Assembly (NCBI GenBank): GCA_965228735.1
Contig: OZ245838.1
Coordinates: 1,440,001-1,504,000, forward strand
DNA: 64,000 nt
DNA from: Planctomycetota bacterium
GTDB lineage: Bacteria; Planctomycetota; UBA1135; UBA2386
Reading direction: 5' to 3'
The notes under the pieces are model-generated. The model did no database searches. It saw only the letters and a program-made list of their open reading frames with translations, and was not told the DNA's origin. The first letter of the stretch is position 1. The number at the start of each line of letters is the position of its first letter. Below are positions 57,947-64,000 of this stretch, one piece after another. A program made the translations under genes and the position numbers.

Positions 57947-59728
57947 TCAGCGGAGCTTGCCGAGCCGCATGAACAGGTCGCGCGCCTGCTGCCGGACCAC
58001 CTCGACGCTGCCGTTCGACATCAGCCACTGCGCCGTCGAGCCCGCCCGGTCGCGCGCTGCCAGCGCCGCCGGCCGATTGCCCGCGCGCCCCTCCAGGGCA
58101 GCGAGCTGCAGGAGCTGCATCGCGAGCTGCAGGCGGGCCTTCTCGTAGCCCGGGCGCGCCGCGACCGCGCGCTCCAGCGCGTTCACGGATTCGCGCACGT
58201 CCGCGAGCAGCGGCTGACCCGCACGCACGGCGAACACCCCGGCGAGGTTGAACCACGAGGTCGCCGAGTCCGGCCGCAACTCGACGGCATCGCGGAGATG
58301 GCGTTCCGCCGCGCCCCACTCCCGGCGCTCGAGATGGATCGTACCGATCGTGTTGTGCGCCAGGCTGCGACCCTCGTCGTCGTCATAGAGTTCGAGCGCG
58401 CGCTGGAGCTCGGCCATCGCGGGTTCGAGCTCGCCGCGCCGCCGCAACTCGAGCCCGAGCTGGTAGACGGGCAGGCCGGCGCCGGGGGCCCGCGCCACGG
58501 TATCGCGCCAGAACGCGAGACGGTCCGCGTAGATCGTCGACCGCGACATCGCCTGCACGAGGAAGGCGAGCACGAGCCCAGAGACGCCGACCGCGACCGG
58601 GCGCCAACCGAACCGCTTCGCGAGAGCGACCGCGCCCTGGCCAGCGACGAGGGCGACGGCGACCGACGGGACGTAGAGGTAGCGTTCGGCGACCGGCTGC
58701 TCCGACGCCTTGAACAGCACGAGCGCGAGCGCCGGCGCGAGCGCGACGGCAGCCCACGTCCAGGCGATCCGCAGGCCCGGCAGGTTCGCGGCACGCCACG
58801 ACAGCCAACCGGTCAGCGCACAGAACGCCGCCGCGAGCATGCCGAACCCGATCCCCGGCAACTGGTCGATCGGCACGAACGCGGACTGCGGCCACGGCAG
58901 CAGCAGCATGTGCACGTCGTAGGCCAACGCCCGCAGCAGACGGGCGACGGCGTCGAGGAACGACTGCTCCAGGAGCCCGACCGCGGCTGGCGCCGCGGCG
59001 GCGCGCAACGCGAAGTACGGCGCGAGCCCCACGCCGACACTCGTGATCAGCCGCAGCCAGGTCGCCCGCCCCGCAGCGCCGCCCGGGCCCCGCCACACGA
59101 GCAGCGCCAACGGCACCACGACGACGAGCGCGACCTCCTTGCTGCCCGCGCCGAAGAACAGCGCAACCGCCGCGACGATCCACCAGCTCCAGCCGTCGCG
59201 CTGCCGCGCCTGCATCACGGCCAACATCGCCCCGAGCATGCCGACGAGAGCCATCGAGTCGCATCGCCCCGTGATCTGCGCGACGGTATCGACGTGCACC
59301 GGATGCACGGCGAACACGAGCGCGGCGATCCCGCCGGCGAACGCACCTCCCAGCAGCCGCGATGCCACGAGCGCGAGCAGAACCGTCGCGAGGACGTGGA
59401 ACGCGATCGTCGTGACATGGGGCCCGACGAACGCGGCCTCGCCGTAGACCGCGACGTCGAACATGTACGACAGCGTCACGAACGGCCGGTAGTAGTGCTG
59501 CCCGAGCTCGCCGGTGCCGGGCGGCGGCACGAACGCGTCACCGATCGATCCGAACGCCGGCAGGTAGCGCTCGAACACGATCACATCGTCCCAGATCGGC
59601 GGTCCCCCGAGTGCCGGCGAGCACGCGACCGCTGCCAGGATCGCCGCGGCGATCACGAGCCCGTGCCGGCGCCGCCGGGACGCGGTCGGTTGCGGCTCGG
59701 CAGGGCACCGATGGTCGTGGCCGGGCAT
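57947..59728 (-). CDS. TMTC-like GT-C glycosyltransferase with C-terminal TPRs
   Basis: IWDD, YYRP, HPVHVDTV..I.GR.D, SKE, ERYLYVPS, multiple TM helices, TPRs. Confidence 0.85.
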   Translation of the reverse strand: MPGHDHRCPAEPQPTASRRRRHGLVIAAAILAAVACSPALGGPPIWDDVIVFERYLPAFGSIGDAFVPPPGTGELGQHYYRPFVTLSYMFDVAVYGEAAFVGPHVTTIAFHVLATVLLALVASRLLGGAFAGGIAALVFAVHPVHVDTVAQITGRCDSMALVGMLGAMLAVMQARQRDGWSWWIVAAVALFFGAGSKEVALVVVVPLALLVWRGPGGAAGRATWLRLITSVGVGLAPYFALRAAAAPAAVGLLEQSFLDAVARLLRALAYDVHMLLLPWPQSAFVPIDQLPGIGFGMLAAAFCALTGWLSWRAANLPGLRIAWTWAAVALAPALALVLFKASEQPVAERYLYVPSVAVALVAGQGAVALAKRFGWRPVAVGVSGLVLAFLVQAMSRSTIYADRLAFWRDTVARAPGAGLPVYQLGLELRRRGELEPAMAELQRALELYDDDEGRSLAHNTIGTIHLERREWGAAERHLRDAVELRPDSATSWFNLAGVFAVRAGQPLLADVRESVNALERAVAARPGYEKARLQLAMQLLQLAALEGRAGNRPAALAARDRAGSTAQWLMSNGSVEVVRQQARDLFMRLGKLR

Positions 59729-59740
59729 GGGCGCGCCATC

Positions 59741-59783
59741 CTAGAGGCCCGGTTTGCTAGAGGCCCGGTACTAGAGGCCCGGT
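59741..59783. repeat. Three direct repeats of CTAGAGGCCCGGT
   Basis: Exact 13-mers at 59741, 59757 and 59771. Confidence 0.9.
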
Positions 59784-59958
59784 ATTCGGGTCGCCGCGAC
59801 TTGCTGCCACCCCTGGGCAGTTGCCGGAAAGTCCGATGGGAACGTGGGTTGCCTGCACGGTCGACCGTTACACATTTCAGACAGCCCCTTGCGGGCCCGG
59901 CAGCGCCCGGGCGAAACTACCAACCGCGCCTGCCCGGCCGTGACAGACTCCCCTGACC

Positions 59959-59999
59959 AACCGCGGTCACTACCGCGGTAACCGCGTTCACTACCGCGG
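59959..59999. repeat. Two 20-bp direct repeats, 21-bp period
   Basis: AACCGCGGTCACTACCGCGG (59959-59978) and AACCGCGTTCACTACCGCGG (59980-59999), one mismatch. Confidence 0.85.
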
Positions 60000-60010
60000 C
60001 TCAGCACCCG

Positions 60011-61321
60011 ATGTTCCAACCCAATCCCCGGGCCGCCGCGCCCGCCTCTACCCTCGCGTTCCTCGCAGCCCTCGTCGGCGTGACGGCCAACGCGCAGAGC
60101 CAGCCCACGCCACAACGCTGCGGACTCGTGCACGCCGCGACGCCGACCGGCATCGGCGTCGACAGCCCGGACTGCAACTACAACACGACGAATCCGAGCG
60201 CCCAGTACGCGCCGACGACGCTGCTGCGCATCCCCGTCGTCGTGCACGTCGTGTCCCGCACGTCGGGCCAGGGCAACCTGAGCAACAGCGTCGTCCAGAG
60301 TCAGATCGACGTGCTCAACGAGGACTTCCGCGCGCTGCCGAACTCGCCGGGGAGCAACGGCGTCGACAGCAAGCTCGAGTTCTTCCTCGCGACGACCGAT
60401 CCGCAGGGCCAACCGACGAACGGCATCGTGCGCCACGTCAACAACACGTGGTTCAACGACAGCGGCAACTACTGGAACTCGACGGCCTGGGACACGACGC
60501 GGTACCTCAACATCTACACCAACAACACGGGCGCGCTCGGCTACGTGCCGGACCTGCCGCAGGGCGGCGGCGTGCTCAACACGACGGCCGATCGCGTGGT
60601 CGTGAACTACGAAGCGTTCGGCAGCCCGGCGATCCGCAACTGGTCCTATGACGCCGGCCGCACCGCGACGCACGAGGTCGGTCACTACCTCGGATTGTTC
60701 CACACGTTCAACGGCGGCTGCGCGGGCGGCAACTGCTACTCGAGCGGGGATCGCATCTGCGACACGGCGAACGAGTCGCAGCCGCGCTACGGCTGCCCGG
60801 TCGGCATCCAGAGCTGCGGCTCGACCGACCCGGTGCGCAACTACATGGACTACACCGACGATGCGTGCATGCAGGGCTTCACGCAGGAACAGGTCCGACG
60901 CATGCGCTGCACGCTCGGGTTCTACCGCCCCAACCTCGCCATGCCGGCCGGCCCGCTCGCCAGTGCGACCGTGCGCCCGGGCACCGGCAACCTGAATGCG
61001 GCGTACACCACTACCGCGCCGGTGCTCGGTCAGGACTCGATCCTGTCGATCATCACGCTCGGCACCGGCTTCTCGGCATCGGCGGTCTACGGCTTCCTCG
61101 GCACGGGCAGCTCGACGTTCAACGGCTACGAGATCCTCGTCGACCCGGCGTCCCCGCAGATCCTGTCGACGACGCTCGTCTTCAGCAACATCGCGGCGCA
61201 GTGGAACTTCAGCGTGCCGAACGCCCAGGCCCTCGCCGGCCTGCCGATCTACACGCAAGGCGCGGTGTTCGGCTCGACGGTCGGGTTCACCAACGCCGTC
61301 GACATGGTCCTGGGCAACTGA
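60011..61321 (+). CDS. Secreted M43 (pappalysin/ulilysin-type) zinc metalloprotease with shared C-terminal domain
   Basis: Signal peptide, RCG cysteine-switch-like motif, IPVVVHVV, QIDVLNEDF, HEVGHYLGLFH, NYMDY Met-turn. Confidence 0.93.
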   Translation: MFQPNPRAAAPASTLAFLAALVGVTANAQSQPTPQRCGLVHAATPTGIGVDSPDCNYNTTNPSAQYAPTTLLRIPVVVHVVSRTSGQGNLSNSVVQSQIDVLNEDFRALPNSPGSNGVDSKLEFFLATTDPQGQPTNGIVRHVNNTWFNDSGNYWNSTAWDTTRYLNIYTNNTGALGYVPDLPQGGGVLNTTADRVVVNYEAFGSPAIRNWSYDAGRTATHEVGHYLGLFHTFNGGCAGGNCYSSGDRICDTANESQPRYGCPVGIQSCGSTDPVRNYMDYTDDACMQGFTQEQVRRMRCTLGFYRPNLAMPAGPLASATVRPGTGNLNAAYTTTAPVLGQDSILSIITLGTGFSASAVYGFLGTGSSTFNGYEILVDPASPQILSTTLVFSNIAAQWNFSVPNAQALAGLPIYTQGAVFGSTVGFTNAVDMVLGN

Positions 61322-61386
61322 TGGTACTGGGCCACTGACGCGACGGCCCGAGGCCACCTCCCATGGAGGCGGCCCGGGAGCCGGCG

Positions 61387-62424
61387 CTACCGCAGCCCGA
61401 TATCGAGCGCCGGCGACACCGAGAACTGCGAACCGAGAACCCCCCACTGGGCGCGAAAGTGGGTCCCGGCGAACGCCGGCACGGGCGGGATCGGAAACGA
61501 CAGTGACGCGTTGCCGGTCGATTGCAGCACGATCACGGACGTGATGATGCCGCCGAGTTCGAGGTTGCAGCCGGCAGGAAACCCGACCCCGAACGGCGTC
61601 AGCGGCTGCGGCAGCATGCCCCCGGTCGGCGTCTGCGAGTTGGCGAGGGCTCCGAAGACGAGCGCGGCGAGAGCGTTCGGGTCGGCATCGTCGAGCGTCA
61701 CCTCGAACAGCACGTTGCCGATCGCTGGCGCGCCGCCCGCGCCGCCGATCTGCGGCACGACAGCGTTGCTCGCCGGGCAGCCGGCACCGTAGACGAGCCC
61801 GACGCCCGGCTCCGTCGAGTTCGCGAGCGCCGCGATCTCCACCCCCGAGAGCGCCCGGCTGTAGAGCCGGAAGTCGTCCATGGAATAGAACAGGCTGTAG
61901 TTCTGCGTACCGCTGTGGAAGCCGACCCAGAACTCCTCGCGCGCGACTTGGTGCATACCCGGCGCGAACGCGATCGACCCGTCGGGCACGCCGTTCAGGT
62001 ACCAGGTCGCCGTGCCGCTCTGATCGTCGACGACGAGCGCCAGGTGGGTCCAGACGTCGGCGAACCCGTTCTTGAAGTCGGTCAGGTTGTCGACGTTGCC
62101 GATCCCGGTGCCCGCGTAGCGAATCCGCCCGGTGCCCGCCGAACCGCCGACGAAGATGCGCTGACTGTCGCCCGGCCCGCCGAGCACGTAGGCGAACGCA
62201 TTGGCCGTGCCGGCGCCGGCCTGCCCGACCCGGTGCCACCACGCGATCGTCATGTCCGAGACCTCGAGGGCAAGGCCGGTGTCGAGGGCGTTGGAGGCCG
62301 TCACTCCGGCTTCCCCGAGGCAGCCGAATCCCGGCTCACCACCCGCGAACCCGGCGCGCATTGGATCACCCTGCCAATCGTCCTGACTCATGGTCCCGAA
62401 CCGGGGCGCGAGGTCGGTCGAGGC
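61387..62424 (-). pseudogene. 5'-truncated LamG-domain protein with shared C-terminal domain
   Basis: Colinear with the C-terminal half of 44..2374 (AST..AP...S...WQ.DP, WTHLALVVD, MDDFRLYSRALS, YGAGC). Similarity stops near 62424; no signal peptide; first in-frame ATG at 62391. Confidence 0.65.
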
Positions 62425-64000
62425 TGGCTTTGCGATCCCGATCTGGGCGATCGGCGCCGACCGTGGCTGGCACTCGCGCACCAGAGCCCGTGAGCTTACG
62501 ACGAACCTCCTGCGCTTTCTGCGCGACGCGCCACAAGGGCGCGCCGCCGACGCCACGGGGCACCGCGGCCTCTACTACCACTTCCTCGACCTGGAGTCGG
62601 GCGCCCGCGTGTGGCAATGCGAGTTGTCCACCATCGACACCGCGCTGCTGTTGGCGGGCATCCGATTCGCGCGCTGCTACTTCGACGCCGACATCGACGC
62701 CGAGCGTGAGCTTCGGGATCTGGCTGACGAACTGACCGATCGCGTCGACTGGGACTGGCTCACGCTGCCCGCGGGCGCCCGTCACGCCGGCAGCATCTCG
62801 CACGGGTGGCGCCCCGAGAACGGCGCGATCCCATGGGGCTGGACCGGCTACAACGAGGCGCTGATCCTGCACGTGCTCGCGGCCGGCAGCGGCTACGCGG
62901 ATGCCAAGACGGCCTATGCGCGCTGGGTGCAGTCGTACGAGTGGCGAAAGCCCTGGCCCGACCTCGAACTGCTCGCTTTCCCGCCGCTCTTCGGCCACCA
63001 GTACTCGCATCTGTTCGTCGACTTCCGCGCGATTCCCGATGCCTACATGCGCGAGCGCGGGATCGACTACTTCGAGAACTCGCAACGCGCGGTCGAGGCC
63101 CAGCGCCGCTACGCCGCGGCGAACCCGGCGGGCTTCCAGGGCTACGGGCCGGACATCTGGGGCCTCACCGCGTGCGACGGTCCGGGGCCGGACCACGGCG
63201 CGGACAGGCAATTCCGCGGCTACACCGCGCGCGGCGTCGCGGGGCCGGACCACGTGCAGAGCGACGACGGCACCATCGCGCCGACCGCAGCCGCGGCCTC
63301 GATCCAGTTCGCGCCCGATGCGGCGATCGCGGCCATCGCGGCGATGCATGATCGCTTCGGACCGGCCGGACTCTGGGGGCGCTACGGCTTCCAGGACGCG
63401 TTCAATCCGACCGCGGACTGGATCGCGCCGGACTGCCTCGCCATCGATCAGGGACCGATCGTGCTCGCGATCGAGAACTGGCGCAGCGAGTTCGTCTGGC
63501 GCCACATGATGGCCGACCCGGTCCTGCGGCGCGGCCTCGACGTGCTGGGCTTCACCGCACCGCCGACACCTCGGTTCGAAGCAGCGATCGCGGCATTCGA
63601 GCGCGCCGATCGCGCCGCCACGCCACCGACCGACCCGGTCCTGTTCGTCGGCAGCTCGAGCATCGTCCGCTGGGCCGACCTCGAGGCCGACATGGCCGGC
63701 CTGCCGGCGCCGGTGCTGAACCGTGGGTTCGGCGGCTCGCGGGCCATCGACGTGATCCGCTTCTTCGACCGCGTGATCACGCCATATCGACCGCGCGCGA
63801 TCGTGCTCTACGAAGGCGACAACGACGTGGCGACCGGCAGCTCACCGCTCGAGGTCCTGGTCCGCATTCGCGAGATCGCCCGCCGCTTGCAGCGCGACCT
63901 CCCGGGGACGCCCCTGCTCGTGCTCGCGCTGAAACCGAGCGTCGCCCGGGCCGAGCTCTGGCCGGTCATGCAGCGCGCCAATGCGCTGCTCCGCGACCAC
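62390..64000 (+). CDS. GH144-like endo-beta-1,2-glucanase (glucoamylase-family domain) fused to an SGNH/GDSL hydrolase; 5'-truncated and running off the window
   Basis: Absent from the ORF track. My translation gives GFA..IGADRGW, GLYYHFLD, ELSTIDTALL, GYNEA, PLFGHQYSH, DYFENS, WGLTACDGP, DDGTIAPTA, YGFQDAFN, IDQGP..IEN, then FVGSSSI..W, NRGFGGS, YEGDND, KPS. Confidence 0.85.
   Translation, partial: MVPNRGARSVEAGFAIPIWAIGADRGWHSRTRARELTTNLLRFLRDAPQGRAADATGHRGLYYHFLDLESGARVWQCELSTIDTALLLAGIRFARCYFDADIDAERELRDLADELTDRVDWDWLTLPAGARHAGSISHGWRPENGAIPWGWTGYNEALILHVLAAGSGYADAKTAYARWVQSYEWRKPWPDLELLAFPPLFGHQYSHLFVDFRAIPDAYMRERGIDYFENSQRAVEAQRRYAAANPAGFQGYGPDIWGLTACDGPGPDHGADRQFRGYTARGVAGPDHVQSDDGTIAPTAAAASIQFAPDAAIAAIAAMHDRFGPAGLWGRYGFQDAFNPTADWIAPDCLAIDQGPIVLAIENWRSEFVWRHMMADPVLRRGLDVLGFTAPPTPRFEAAIAAFERADRAATPPTDPVLFVGSSSIVRWADLEADMAGLPAPVLNRGFGGSRAIDVIRFFDRVITPYRPRAIVLYEGDNDVATGSSPLEVLVRIREIARRLQRDLPGTPLLVLALKPSVARAELWPVMQRANALLRDH

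Noticed and set aside
59741..59999. Short direct repeats as a CRISPR array
   Set aside because: Repeats are 13-20 bp with 1-3 bp gaps, with no spacers and no cas genes.

Overview
Very GC-rich bacterial chromosome segment with about 46 CDS and no rRNA, tRNA, CRISPR array or transposase that I can support. The gene content (ECF sigma/Ser-Thr kinase pairs, AroD-AroE fusion, Zn-ribbon SpoVG, PQQ-type propellers, many secreted proteins) points to an uncultured Planctomycetota lineage; this is an inference. Main signals: (1) a co-oriented cluster at 9703-19352 that looks like a complete cytoplasm-to-cell-surface electron conduit. It encodes a membrane-anchored ferredoxin + circularly permuted TrxB-like flavoprotein + diheme-b-type membrane domain, a 23-heme cytochrome, an outer-membrane beta-barrel, and 7-heme and 11-heme putative lipoproteins (41 CxxCH motifs in total). 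(2) A ~130-150 aa C-terminal domain shared by five secreted proteins with varied cargo domains, and partly by a sixth, which is a candidate lineage-specific secretion or anchoring signal. (3) A pilin/HAMP/histidine-kinase operon. (4) A 30-bp inverted-repeat element between a degenerate histidine phosphatase and a KaiC-like ATPase. (5) FolK-PanC, BNR-esterase and GH144-SGNH fusions. (6) A breakpoint near 62425 that removes the 5' ends of two divergent genes. The rest is housekeeping (aroDE, spoVG, ispE, pssA, acs, pepA, MATE). All calls come from reading motifs by eye; no database searches were run.
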